Below, one piece after another: positions 20,294 to 32,734 of a DNA stretch of 64,000 nt (within the stretch, counting starts at the first letter, position 1; each line of letters opens with the position of its first letter). The DNA is taken from the NCBI GenBank assembly GCA_051294905.1, contig CM119385.1, positions 4,650,001 through 4,714,000 of the forward strand. The letters are read 5' to 3'. The notes below the pieces were generated by a model that made no database searches, was not told the DNA's origin, and worked only from the letters and a program-made list of their open reading frames with translations. This stretch comes from Botryllus schlosseri. Its lineage: Eukaryota. Position numbers and translations under genes: made by a program.

Positions 20294-22948
20294 ACAGGGT
20301 TATAATGACTCCAGTCATTTTCTCAAAATACGGATAATGACTGGACTTGTGTATTGACTCAATTGGCAAGACCGACATATCATTGTAATTTCGAAGAATA
20401 ATAAAGTTACCACACCATTATTATTTCATATATTAGTAGGCCTACTTGAAAATGCGACCAGAAACTGTGAAAAGTAAGGAAAAGTAGTATATTATGAGTG
20501 CGAAGCATTTGGCATCACTTCGCAGAGCTGTAAAAAGTGGGTTTAACAAGACAAGACACAATGACTTGGACTCAAGTCATTACACTATGACTTGGACTCG
20601 GTCCTCTACTCACTGGCTTGGACTCAAACTTGACTGAATGGCAAATTGAAAATGACTCGAGTCACAACTTTAAAATTGAGATAAACTCGTCACCCAAGTA
20701 GAAATAACTGGTAAATTTCTAATCAATTACAAAGTCATGTCCAAACTACTTCCCTGAGTAGAAGTAGGTAATGAAACTACCAAAGAGTACCCAAAGTGAT
20801 CCATGTTGCAACTCTTGAAGTAGAAGTTACACTGTAAAATTTTCTCAATTACAAGTAGAAATTTAAACTACTTTGAGTAGAAGTAGAAAATTACTGTTAT
20901 TTCCAAAGGTAGATTTGATCACAGGGTTGCATACAGAATATTTAAGATATATTCACTACAGTCGTATTTCACTTGGCTATCATGACAACTTCTCTCATAA
21001 CAATGATGCAGATTTATACCCAATCTTCTTTCTACTTTTTAAAATCCTCAAAAACATGTAGTGCTTCAAAATGTGTTCAAATAGAACAGGGATATCAAAA
21101 TACCCCTGAAGTAGAAGTAGTCTATAACACGGGGTTACCATATTTTTGAATCTCGGAAGGAGGACACTTTTTACCAATCACAGAAGTTAGATTACCGGAC
21201 TAGATTACTGCTGCATCTAAAATTTTTACAGGAAAGCCTGTCGTGTGGACTAAAAAAGGTCATTTTCCAGTTTTACGCCAGAAAGACACGCTCGAACATC
21301 CACATTACAGAATCCGCGTCATTTATGGCATTTTTTAGTTGCGTCTGTCCATTAGTTTGGCTGTAAAAGCTGTTAAGGGCATTTTCGATTTCCTGAAAAA
21401 GGAGGACATATGGTATTTCCAAATAACATAGCCCCTCGTGTAAGTACTCCAAAATTTGGAGGTCTGTGTACTCCAAAAATTAGGACTGCTGTATCGGGAC
21501 TTCATCACTCACCACAACAAAAGTCTCCATTTCAAAGGCACGCCTGTACTCTTAGTAGGGTAAAGGGTGTAGGTTTCAAAATTTCAACATTAGAAACAGC
21601 TTGAACTAGTGTGTTGAAGACTTCCATCTTTATGTGTACTGTGACTGGCCTCAAGATTGTGCTAGAAATCTCCGAGGCTCATGGTGCGGTTCCCAGCTAT
21701 ATTGCAGGATCATAGAAAACTCTTCGAGTTACAGTACCTAGGATAAAATATTTTAAAACCATACATCTTGTCCTAGTCCAATTTTTCAACTACAGTATTC
21801 ACTTTCAAAACTTAACTATTCCACCTTTGCAGTTTTGTTATATTGCTACTCTACATAGAGTGGATCAATGGCATTGTGACAGTTTAACTTGATTAGGGCA
21901 TTATAGTATTATGCTGGTGTAACGACACAATATATATCCTAACATCTACCTACACGGCAAAATGCATTGACTTTGTCACGAAACCCCGAAACCAATCACT
22001 AAGATGGCCAATCGTCATGTACATAGAAACTTCATGTATTAACAATATCATATGACAGATACCAAAAGAGAATTTTTTGCTGTATTAGTAGGCCTACTAC
22101 ATCAGGCACTTCAAGATGCAGTATGGATTTAGAGATGTCACAACAGTATGAATGATGTGTAATGTTCAAATATGTGCCTTTTATGCCACTGTAAAGAATA
22201 TAATACCAGTTCTGCATCATAATAACGATAATGTGGTATTTTTCTATCATAGCTATGATATTTCACTTTTTGAAAATGCTCTGAGTCACGACTTCCCACA
22301 AATGTCATATCCACTAACATGAGTAGCTCTGTACGGTACTACATGTTTTGTATGCTGCGATTCGACCAACCAAAGTTTACAGCCTTTTGACAGTGAAACA
22401 TAGTAGGCCTACCGAAACTATAATTCTAGTTGAAAAATTAACTTTCAAGGAACATAAGACTTGACTCGAGATTTCTGGTGACTCAACTTGACTCGAGTAC
22501 TTGGTTCATATGCGTGGAATGACTCGATTCTAGGCAATTTTTGTGTTGACTCGACTTGTACTCGAGACTGGGACAGCCAAGACAGACATCTCAATGTCGA
22601 AGAATAGTAAAGTCACCAAATTATTGGTATTTCGTTTAGATTTCACCAAATTATTGGTTTTTCGAAAATATTATGAACACGAGTCATTTAATATCACTCG
22701 AGCAGCGTTGATAAAAGGGTTTGAACCGCATTGAACTGAAAACTGGTGTAGTGAACATAATGAGTTGAACTCGGACTCCATGAGTTGAACTCGGACTCGA
22801 GTCAAAACACTATGACTCGGACTCGACCCTTAACTAGCTGACTTGGACTAGGACTTGACTCGGTGGTGAATTGAAATTGACTCGAGTCAAAACTATAAAA
22901 GTGAGATTGACTTGCAACTCGGAACCTTGTGACTTGGTTATAACCCTG
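20294..22948. repeat. Patchwork of MITE fragments (gactcgagtc family and aagtagaagt family) between SPG7 and HAUS6
   Basis: cagggttataatgactc at 20294 and ttggttataaccctg ending at 22948; the same motifs recur at 31082-31400, 40535-42050, 45760-46149 and 49696-50186. Confidence 0.6.
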
Positions 22949-23469
22949 CTTTTGTAAACCTCAAGTGGTGGTGACGCATCATACGAAATACATAGCACAA
23001 AGTCAAGCACTATGTTGAAAATGGCGTATCTGAGAAGTCATGAACAGCTCACAATCACAAAGTGCAATGGAATGGATTTGGTCAAAAAAATACTTAATAA
23101 TCTTGAATGTGATATCGGACTGGCATTATATCCTTTGTGATCGCATAAAAATGTACATCTTTCAACTTTCCACATCATTCGTACTGCTGTAATGTCATAA
23201 CGAGTGATACTCGAATGCTCAGATTCTCGATTCAGACGTTGGTCAATTGATACGCACAGGCAGGTGCAATGAGGTAGTAGCATTACCAGAGACAACAGTA
23301 ATATGAACATTTAACATGACACTTTGATCAAGCTCCGCGGATGCAGGCGAGCGTGATTTCATTCAGCCTTGATCATCTGATGTAGGCTTTTGAGAAGGAT
23401 ACCATCATTTGTTACGTCCACAGTGTAGCCTAATCTTTTCCCGTTGAGCTTAAAAACACTGTTCTGCTT

Positions 23470-25512
23470 TCAAGGAGGAGTCCTGGCTACTTTATCAACT
23501 GACGTGAATACAGCATTATCCAACTGCCTCGTTACATCAAAACCATTCTGACACTCATAGTCTAATGGTGATTCAACAGAAAGCGCTTGGTTTCTTTGAA
23601 GCGTAAAATCAACGACGTGCTGAACAAGATTGTCGACGGCGCGTTTCTTTCTCTCTGACTGTTGAATTATTGTTGAGCTATCGCTTGTAGGCACCAGACG
23701 ATAAGGACTTTTTTGTGGACAGTTTTCTCTCGGATTAATCGGCTCAAAACTGTCGAGTAAATTATGCTTTAGCGGTGACGATGGTCCCAGTGATAAATGT
23801 CCACTTTTCAGTTGCGATGACAAAGCATCGGCGCCCCAGCAAGAAATCGCAGGTGTCGGTAAATCTGGTATCAAAGGCGACATATTGCTTGGAGATACAT
23901 GATCCTCCATAACATCAGGGACAGGAGACTTAATTTGCGGTTCAGGAGAAAATTCAATCTGGTTTCGAGAATCTACAAGGTTATTAGGAGATTGGGGAGT
24001 AGGCGGCGTTTGTGGTCGATCAAAGTCTGTATACTGCGGTGCTGTTGATTCGAATTCTGGGAAAGGAGGAAGAATTGATATCATACGTATCACGGAAGGG
24101 GATAATGGTGTTTCGGGAGCTCCCGTTTCCTTCAATATATCATCGTCAGTAAACTGTAGGGGGGGACTTACACGCGGAATGTTCAGGCTATCGTTAGGAT
24201 CAAATTTAGTGGTGGCACTACTGTTCTCTGGAGCTACCAGGCCAGGAATTAGGACAGTTTTATTCATTTCGTCTTTGTAAATACATTCGTCCACATTCTT
24301 ACGTAATTTACCATTCATTTCCTCGGCAAGCATTGTTCCACGCCGTAAATCATTCAACAAAGTAGAGAGACCAGCCGCCTGCTTTGAATGGACAATGTTG
24401 CTGGCCTTCAGCGTGACAATGAAGCTTTCGAAATCAGGCATACCTTCGTGCATTTGCGATAATATTTGTTGCAACGCGATGTTTGTTAATTTTATGAAGC
24501 TGACAAGGTCAAGCATCTCGGATTGGTAAAGGTCCGTGCCGACTTTTTCAGCAATCTCCTGGTTGCAATCTTTTATCAAAGATGAAGGTATTTTCAGGTC
24601 TAAATCGGCTGAACTTAAAGTTTTTGCAGTGCTGCTTTGGGATAGTATCGATGCTACGATTTCTCTCTCAACTCCAGTTTCGTCGCATTTTGATATGATC
24701 AAATCCCATTTTTTCATCACCGACTTCAATTCTGATCGTAGCTCGCTCTCCAATTTTTTGATGGCATCCTGATTCGGTAAGGTGGCGTTGCGTGGTACTG
24801 GTATCTTCAACTTTCCAAGCAAATCAAGCTTCTGATTTCGGAGTTCCGTCATCTTTTTTTCTCTTTCTCTATACTTTGACAGCATGGAATGAATGAAGCG
24901 TTCCACCTCAAAATCCAATTCCCGGGACACCTGCAAGGTTTCGGTAAAACCAGACATGGCGCAACCAGTTGCAGCTCTCAGGGCTGCTTTTTGGAAATCT
25001 TCCAAGCGAGAATCTTGGCAGGATGGAGGCGGCAGAAGTATCATATCATCATCCGGACAAAGTCTTCTAGCGCATGCGTCAAGAACATATGCCGAGAACG
25101 TAAAAATAAATTTCGTAACTTCCGGGCCGCTGGCTTTCATGAATAGCGCAGGCCCGATTGAAGGAAAATCAAACGCAGTGTCTTTTGCACATTCTCGCAA
25201 CCACGATATGCATATCTTTTGAAATTCTTGCTCATTCTTTTTATAGTACGTCGGGTAACAATGTTTGAACACAGAGAGACACTTCTTCCGATCCAACTTG
25301 TGAAATAGGAAATAGCAGAGAGCGATAAGTCCGCGGATATTGGGTTTGTCAAACATAGACTTTTGTATGGTGACAGAGCTCTTCTGTCTAAGCTCCTCGA
25401 AAGGACATTGCAGTAAGCTGAGATTCTGAAAGGTCAACTCCATGTGTTCGTCAAGAACGTGATTTGATTTTGTTTTGCTTGCTTTGCGTTGAATCCTCGG
25501 AGCAGTAGCCAT
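23470..25512 (-). CDS. HAUS6: HAUS augmin-like complex subunit 6 (single-exon CDS, 680 aa)
   Basis: MFDKPN..LCYFLFHKLD..F..CYP...EQEF.K.C..WL...FP.IG.ALF...GP matches the HAUS6 N-terminal domain; coiled-coil middle; S/P-rich tail with DNLVQHV. Confidence 0.85.
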   Translation of the reverse strand: MATAPRIQRKASKTKSNHVLDEHMELTFQNLSLLQCPFEELRQKSSVTIQKSMFDKPNIRGLIALCYFLFHKLDRKKCLSVFKHCYPTYYKKNEQEFQKICISWLRECAKDTAFDFPSIGPALFMKASGPEVTKFIFTFSAYVLDACARRLCPDDDMILLPPPSCQDSRLEDFQKAALRAATGCAMSGFTETLQVSRELDFEVERFIHSMLSKYREREKKMTELRNQKLDLLGKLKIPVPRNATLPNQDAIKKLESELRSELKSVMKKWDLIISKCDETGVEREIVASILSQSSTAKTLSSADLDLKIPSSLIKDCNQEIAEKVGTDLYQSEMLDLVSFIKLTNIALQQILSQMHEGMPDFESFIVTLKASNIVHSKQAAGLSTLLNDLRRGTMLAEEMNGKLRKNVDECIYKDEMNKTVLIPGLVAPENSSATTKFDPNDSLNIPRVSPPLQFTDDDILKETGAPETPLSPSVIRMISILPPFPEFESTAPQYTDFDRPQTPPTPQSPNNLVDSRNQIEFSPEPQIKSPVPDVMEDHVSPSNMSPLIPDLPTPAISCWGADALSSQLKSGHLSLGPSSPLKHNLLDSFEPINPRENCPQKSPYRLVPTSDSSTIIQQSERKKRAVDNLVQHVVDFTLQRNQALSVESPLDYECQNGFDVTRQLDNAVFTSVDKVARTPP

Positions 25513-25823
25513 TTGGATGATCGATATAAATAACTGAACAAAACACTAGAAAAAATATAATTCATGATTTGATCATGTCGATATAGATACCGCCTGCTGG
25601 TGTGGTCAGACTGAATTTTCTAAATGTGTAACCATAGAACTAGACTACAACTGACGACCTCGAAAAGTCAGCAACTACCGGTAACTGACTAAAACCCAAC
25701 TGAATTAAGTAGAATAAATTACTAAGCAACTAATTAATTTTGATTTTATCGGAATCAGATCGACTTATGAACATCACAGTATAAGTTTGAAATGGGAGGG
25801 AGGGGTATTGAACCCTAAAACTC

Positions 25824-27076
25824 AAGAGGTGGTCAGTAACGAAGTACCTCTGCTTTTTCAAAGTACTCAAGTAGTTTTCCTCTGCTTTTGATACTTACTC
25901 AAGTAGATCTTTTTTTGCTACTTCTACTTCGTAATATTTTGTGAACTACTTACTTACTTTTCGCTATTTTCAGTTTGTCAAGTAGAAGTAGTTTAATCCG
26001 CCAATAGAAAAAATATTCCAAGGAATTTCGGGGCGGTTTCCACGTAGTATCAACATTTAATTTTTATAATATCACGTAATACCCGGAATTTTCGTTGCTC
26101 TTCGCGCACAGTATATATGGACGAGTAACAAATATGTTTTTACGAAAGTATCACTGACTATAATTTAGATACCGTATGGCGTGGTTCCATTCACACCGCA
26201 TTGTCGCCTATATGAAATATTTCGTCACAGTAAGTATGGCGCCCCATATCGTTTGAAACTACCGTTTCGCAATCTAGCAATTACCTATAATACCTAGCAG
26301 CCCATGACGTGTCCTAATCTGGAAAAGTGGGATTTGACTTTTTTCAACGTTAGACCTCTTTTAACAGACAGACGTTGAAACTTCTGGACAAAAGACAAGG
26401 AATATATTTCCCGCTTTCAGAAGTTGTATTTGTATTTTTCTTTCAATTACGAGTATGACGGTATAAATTGAGTTTTAATTATAATTTTAGTTATTTTGTC
26501 TGGAGAACATACATGTTAAAGTATAAAAGCAAGTGTAGTAATGCCTTATATTTTTCGAAAATGAAGCTATACGGCATTTTTGCGATCTGCCATATTTTAA
26601 TCAACGTATAGCCTACTAATCGCGTAAAATGTTAAAGCCGTATCCGACACAACTTCTCTGTATTGCTCTTCCACTGAACTAGGGTCCTTATAATATGGGG
26701 GAGGGCGCCATACCATGATATTTTCTAAAACGGGGTGTTCGAGTAAACAAAGGATGAGTATTTCATTACCATATCAATACTATTATTTACACCACATGAT
26801 GTGGACGACTTCTTATTCTGTCAAAAATTGGCACCTCCTTGGATACATCAATATGAATGAAGCTCTCTACACCTTCCGCATAGCTCCATTTGTAGCTTTT
26901 GACAGTCCATGCGAACGAATTATGATCGTTTTCAAAACTACTTATTTACTTGAGTAGATTTAAAGTCAAACAATTCTACTTCTACTTCATGTAGTTTTAG
27001 GTTGCTTACGTAAGAAGTACTACTCGTACTTGAGTAGATTCTTTCGTCGCTTTCTTGACTACTTTGACCACCTCTG
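25824..27076. mobile_element. hAT-like non-autonomous element, aagtagaagt family, copy 1
   Basis: Ends aagaggtggtca / tgaccacctctg; flanks ctaaaact / ctaaaacc; collinear with 38797-40071. Confidence 0.75.
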
Positions 27077-27355
27077 CTAAAACCACGTCTATAGCTATGC
27101 CACTGTGAGATGTGATGATTCTGAGCTAGCAATCAATGGCTGCAACCTGCCAACCTTCAAGATCATCACACAACAGAACATAGGTATCAGTAGCATCACG
27201 AAATTTGTGACGCGAATCACCACGCTAAATGACAACTTTCGCTGCGGCCCTGCGCTAAAACGATCACTTTTAAAAATCCGTTACGAAAACTATACAGCTA
27301 CTCAAAAAACCAAACAGTATAGTTAGTCATCTAACTAAATTGACAGGTATAAATG

Positions 27356-28319
27356 GGCACTTCTTCGATGGCAGTCAGAGATCGAAAAGTGTTCACCATG
27401 ATCACCAATGAATGTTTTCCATGAACACGAATAAAAATTTATAAACGTCAAAATATATTGTTTTTGCGTTTGGAGAGGGTTAGGGTCAAAGTTGGATTTT
27501 GGGTGTCCCAAGGTTAGGGTTGGAGTATTAGGGTGGCGGAGGGGGATATCAGGGTTGCGGGAGGGGGGATATTAGGGTTGTGAGAGGGGGATATTAGGGT
27601 TGGGTTAGGGGGGATATTAGGGTTGGGGGAGGGGAATATTAGGGTTGGGGATATTAGGGTTAGGGAAGGGATATTAGGGTTGGGGAGGGGGAGATTAGGG
27701 TTGGGGTTAGGGGTATATTAGGGTTGCGGGAGGGAGGATGTTAGGGTAGGGGATATTAGGGTTAGGAAAGGGGGATAGTAGGGTTGGAGAGGGGGATATT
27801 AGGGTTGGGGGAGATTGGAGGTGGGGTAGGGTATCCCAAGATTAGGGTTGGGGGGGGGATAATAGGGTTAGGGAGGGGGATAGGAGGGTTGGAGGTGGGT
27901 TAGGTTCAAAGTTGGGGTTAGATTACCCCTAACCGGGGTTTAACCCACCTCCAATCTCCCTTTCCCCTAACCCTAATATCCCCTCTCCACAGCCCTAATA
28001 TACCCCCTTCCCCAACCCTAATCTTGGGATACCCTAACCCACCTCCAATCCCCCTAACCCCAATCCTAATATCATGCTAACTCCCAAGGTCCCTGATACC
28101 CCGCCTCTCCCAACTCTAATCTTGGGATACCCTAACCCCAACTTTGACCCTAACCCACCTCCAATCTCCCTTTCCCCCACCCTAATATCCGTCTCTCCAA
28201 AGGCACAAAAAAAAACAATTTATTTTAACGTTCATAAATTTTTATTCGTGTTCATGGAAAACATTCATTGGTGATCATCGTGAACACTTTTCGATCTCTG
28301 ATTGCCATCAAGAAGTGCC
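27356..28319. mobile_element. Merlin-like foldback MITE with internal telomere-like G-rich repeats
   Basis: TIR ggcacttct / agaagtgcc (GGNRM-type end); perfect 8-bp TSD tataaatg (27348-27355, 28320-28327); ~120-bp unique arms, then TTAGGG-containing G runs facing their C-rich complement. Confidence 0.7.
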
Positions 28320-28374
28320 TATAAATGTACACAGTAACAACGATGAGTGGTCAACTGTTTATGTTCATGTTCAT

Positions 28375-28997
28375 TAGGGCTGTTCAAAAATAACTTTTTT
28401 TCCTGAATCTTGCTGGTTACTTGATTAAATCGTTAGGTTGCCTTAAAAAACGACGCACACCAAATTTGAAATCATTCCGACAAATATTCGCGGGTTACGT
28501 AGAGTTTGAAAATTTTGGATTTGCCCAAAAACGCAAAAAATTTTTTTTTCCAAATTTTTCTGCCAACCCCATGAAATTGTTGGGCTGTCTTCAAAAACTA
28601 TGCAAAACAAATTTGACTCAATTCCAAGCCGTAGAAGCGGAGTTATTTCAGTTTTTATTCGATAATTCTGGGATTATCCTTGATTGTTGGATAATCCAAG
28701 AATTATCACCGAAAAACTGGAATAACTCCGCTTCTACGGCTTGGAATTGAGTCAAATTTGTTTTGCATAGTTTTTGAAGACAGCCCAACAATTTCATGGG
28801 GTTGGCAAAAAAATTTGAGAAAACTTTTTTTTTGCGTTTTTGGGCAAATCCAAAATTTTCAAACTCTACGTAACCCGCGAATATTTGTCGGAATGAATTC
28901 AAATTTGGTGTGCGTCGTTTTTTAAGGTGCCCAACCTAACGATTTAATCAAGTAACCAGCAAGATTCAGGAAAAAAAGTTATTTTTGAACAGCCCTA
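28375..28997. mobile_element. Fully palindromic hAT-type MITE (tagggctgttcaaaaa family), young copy
   Basis: TAGGG...CCCTA ends; perfect TSD atgttcat (28367-28374, 28998-29005); whole element is an inverted repeat. Confidence 0.9.
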
Positions 28998-29164
28998 ATG
29001 TTCATGCTCATGCTCAATCACCATATATATCACATACCGGCTTTTACTTTATGACTGATCGATAATCGCCATACGACATACGTTAGACAGTTCATTGCAG
29101 CAAAGCATACCGTACTGTTTAGAACACTGTGATTGCATTTGCAGCCAGCAACTACGATTTCAGT

Positions 29165-29751
29165 ATAGAAATTAAACATGGAACGGCAACGACCGATTTT
29201 GCAGCTTCGTTCCGCTTCGCCGAGGCTGAGTGGAGAGTGGATTTGCGTAAGCGACTGTAGGATTTATGGCTATCCAAAAGCTATCTTCCCGAGCACAGAA
29301 ATTATTGAATATGGTCTTGATCGAAAGCCACTGTTGCACCGATTCCGAAAATATAAATTAAAATAATGATCAGACACTGATCCACCTAGAATCCGTCCTC
29401 CAAGTCGAAATATCGGCATTGTTCGAACAATCAGAGAGTCGCAACGGGTCATTGTTATGGTCATTGTGTTGCGGTTACCCGATTGTTCTGAACAATGCCG
29501 ATATTTCAGACTTGGAGGACAGATTCTAGGTGGATCAGTGCCTGGTCATAATTTAAATTTATATTTTCGGAATCGGTGCAACAGTAGCTTTCGATCAAGA
29601 CCAGATTCAATAATTTCTGCGCTCGGGAAGATAGCTTTTGGATTGCCAGAAATCCTACAGTCGCTTACGCAAAACAATTCTCCTCTCCAGCCTCTGCGAA
29701 GCGGAACGAAGCTGCAAAATCGGTCGTTGCCGTTCCATGTAAAATTTCTAT
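29165..29751. mobile_element. Palindromic MITE, Mutator-like by 9-bp TSD
   Basis: ~270-bp inverted arms atagaaatt.../...aatttctat; flanks gatttcagt / aatttcagt (8/9). Confidence 0.75.
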
Positions 29752-30542
29752 AATTTCAGTGTATTCGAAGTTACCGCTCGCTTTGCTTGCTTACCACAGA
29801 TATCCCTGATAAACCACTGTTTGTACGCTTCATCGGGTATCACCACTGAGCTATATAAACACCCAACGTGGAAGTTATTTACTATCGAATGTTTACATAC
29901 GATTATTATTACCTTACTGACTACTTTTATCAGCTAATTAGTATAACCGGACTTATGGATTTTGAGTGGATTTGACTTTCGATGTTCGGGAATGGTTTCA
30001 AATATTCATTAAACTTCCGATTACGAGTCGGAACCAGCAGATTCCATACTTCATAATTTAGGGCTACGCTGCGGTTACCAAGATTTAAGATTACAAATAA
30101 CAAAATTTATAATATCGCAGGAGAGAATTGGAAGTAGAAGAGTTTTAACGGAAATACTGTCGTGTTGAATAAAAAGGTCATTTTTCCAACTTGACTACCG
30201 GAAGACCTCCTCTGACGTAAATTAGGTTGTGGTTGACCTTATTTTAGTCAACCTTGCCGTCACTGCCGTCGAAATCCAGATTACGCATCATTTCTGGTGT
30301 TTTAGTTGTGCCTGAACAATCGCCTGGCTGTCAAAGCTATAAAGGAGGACGAATTGGAAAAAAATAGGACAGTAGCGGACGTCCTCGGAGGATATTTTCG
30401 ATTTCTCGAAAAAGGAGGACAAAAGAGGACGTGGGTAACTAACCAACCCTATAGATAGATAGATAGAGAAAGAGGTATAGTACTCTTTTTTGCCTGCACC
30501 AACGAGATGCTTTGGCGACGGAGATGCGATATGGCCTTTATA

Positions 30543-30987
30543 TAGGCTTACCATACGTCCTCTTTTAAGAGGATTTGTCCTCTTTTTTGACTTTTTTGAA
30601 AGTGTCCTCGGAGGACGCCCTTTTGTCCTCTTTTTTGAGATTTTGTCCTCTTTTTTAGGATTTAGAGCAGATTTAGAGCAAATTGCGAGTGATATGCCAC
30701 ATAGTAGCACAGACGTGAAGCTCCGACGGGTGAAAAACGGTGAATTTAGCTCTGAGCGAAAAGATGACCTTTTTTTTTTAGTCATCCACCTGGCAATGTG
30801 GGGAGAAAAACGGTATTTTGAGTTCTGAGCGGAAGAGATGACCTTTTTTTTTTTTTTTTTTTTTTTAGATAACCAGTCACAAAGTGGGAAAAATTAACCG
30901 GTTTTTGAGAATTCTACTCCGATTTTGAAAGTTGGAAATTTATGAAAAAGTGTCCTCTTTTTAGATTTCCAAAATATGGTAAGCCTA
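30543..30987. mobile_element. hAT-type MITE
   Basis: TIR taggcttaccata / tatggtaagccta; perfect TSD cctttata (30535-30542, 30988-30995). Confidence 0.85.
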
Positions 30988-31033
30988 CCTTTATAGGAAA
31001 GTCATCTAGTCTAGACTAAGGCTTAAATAAAGA

Positions 31034-31057
31034 CTCTCTCTCTCTCTCTCTCTCTCT
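31034..31057. repeat. (CT)n microsatellite
   Basis: 12 CT units seen directly. Confidence 0.95.
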
Positions 31058-32734
31058 AGTCTATAATAGAACAGTGTTCGACAGGGTTGTAACCAAGTAA
31101 CAAGGTTCCGAGTCACAAGTCAATCTAACTTTTATTGCTTTGACTCGAGTCAAGTCGACAATGTCTGTCTTGGCCGCGCGAGTCTCGAGTCAAACGACTT
31201 GGTTTTCAATTCAATTTAATCAAGATTTCTCTATGTTCCCGAAGGCCTAGAGCTACAATTCTGGTATCAGATTGTATAACTCCAAGAGTTACATGTCATG
31301 CACAATGACTCGAGTACAAGTCGAGTCAATACACAAACTGACTCGAGTCGAGACATTTTACGTATTTAAAAATCGTGACTCGAGTCATTTTACAACCCTG
31401 GTTCGGATCAAGTTCATTACTATTGTCGAGCCACAAGTCATGCCGAATCATTGCACATTTGAAACGAGTCAAGACAATTAAAGTCACTTAATTTATTAAG
31501 GCGACTCGAATCAAGTCACGTCACTCGATTTTGGTAGGTGCCTCAAGTCAAGTCAAAGCCAATAAGCCGAATAAACGAAGTTTTGCCCCATCGCATTTTC
31601 TAAGATGATTTTAGAAAATCCTATTTAAACTGCATCTTAAAAAGTTTTACGACTATAGTCAGATTGTGCTCTGGCAATCTCGGTGGTATCGAGATTAGTC
31701 ATCATCGCTTTCTTCACCCGTTGTGAAATTTCAGACACGTATATACATTTGCTCACTCTTCCACTTTCTCGGCACTAGCTCCGCCGTCTTAGCCCAAAAT
31801 TACTCGAAAAATTAGTGATACGTCATGATGCAACAGAACAGAATCTCAGTTCATAACTTATTGCGACATATAGGGGAAGGTGGGGCACAATGGGCCAAAA
31901 ATACATTTTTAATCATAAATATTTTTCGAATCCAGAAATAATACAAATGAACTGTAGTAGCAAAGCGATGGATGAACATGAAACGCATATTTCTAGACAA
32001 AATGATTGCAAAATACGAAGAAGAGCCTATACCCAAAGGATTTAGCCGTTTGAAAAGGCTACGTTTTTGGCCCATTGTGCCTTATTGGCGGGGGGACAAG
32101 CGCGGTAGGGGAAATGGGACAGTACTAAAAAATTGAACACCGCATCAGTTAGCAAGAAACTGAGAACCGTTGAAGTAAGGATGGAACAGAATAGTTAACA
32201 TCCCGAAGTTTTGAATCGTAATGAAATTTGCACGAAGATCGCTACCGCGATTTGCCACGTTGCCGTGATTTTAACGTCCTCGGGTCAGATAATTCTAGTT
32301 GTCTACTTTAACTAAATTAGATTACAATGCCAGTAATCTAATTCCAATCTAGTTTGTAAAATGTTTCTATGCTCTAATTATAACACTAATCTAATTTGAG
32401 AATTGTTGTTGCTCTATTATTTCTAGTTCTAGTCTAATTTGTGAAACGTTCGTATGCTCTAATTTTAATTCTGATCTATAATTTATTGTATTCCTGAAAG
32501 TGCCTATTAGTCCGCGGTATTTTGCAGCGGGTTAAAACAAGAATATCCACCTCGCGCATGGAAATCCAGTGTCGAGCCGCCATCGCATTTTAGATCTACT
32601 TACACCGTACAGAAATAGTATTTATTATGCGACTAATAATATCCATGCTGGCATAGTATATAGCTTGTAGTCTGCGAACAACATTCTAGTTTCGATCACA
32701 TACAGAACAGCAACGATGAAAAAGAGATATTTAT

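Noticed and set aside
17927-25352. Antisense or alternate-frame ORFs overlapping SPG7 and HAUS6
   Set aside because: Shadow ORFs with no motifs.
27470-28200. True telomere or ancestral chromosome fusion
   Set aside because: Repeats are degenerate rather than pure (TTAGGG)n and are enclosed by TIRs and a perfect 8-bp TSD.
28421-30828. Paired similar ORFs on opposite strands
   Set aside because: Artefacts of palindromic or low-complexity MITEs.
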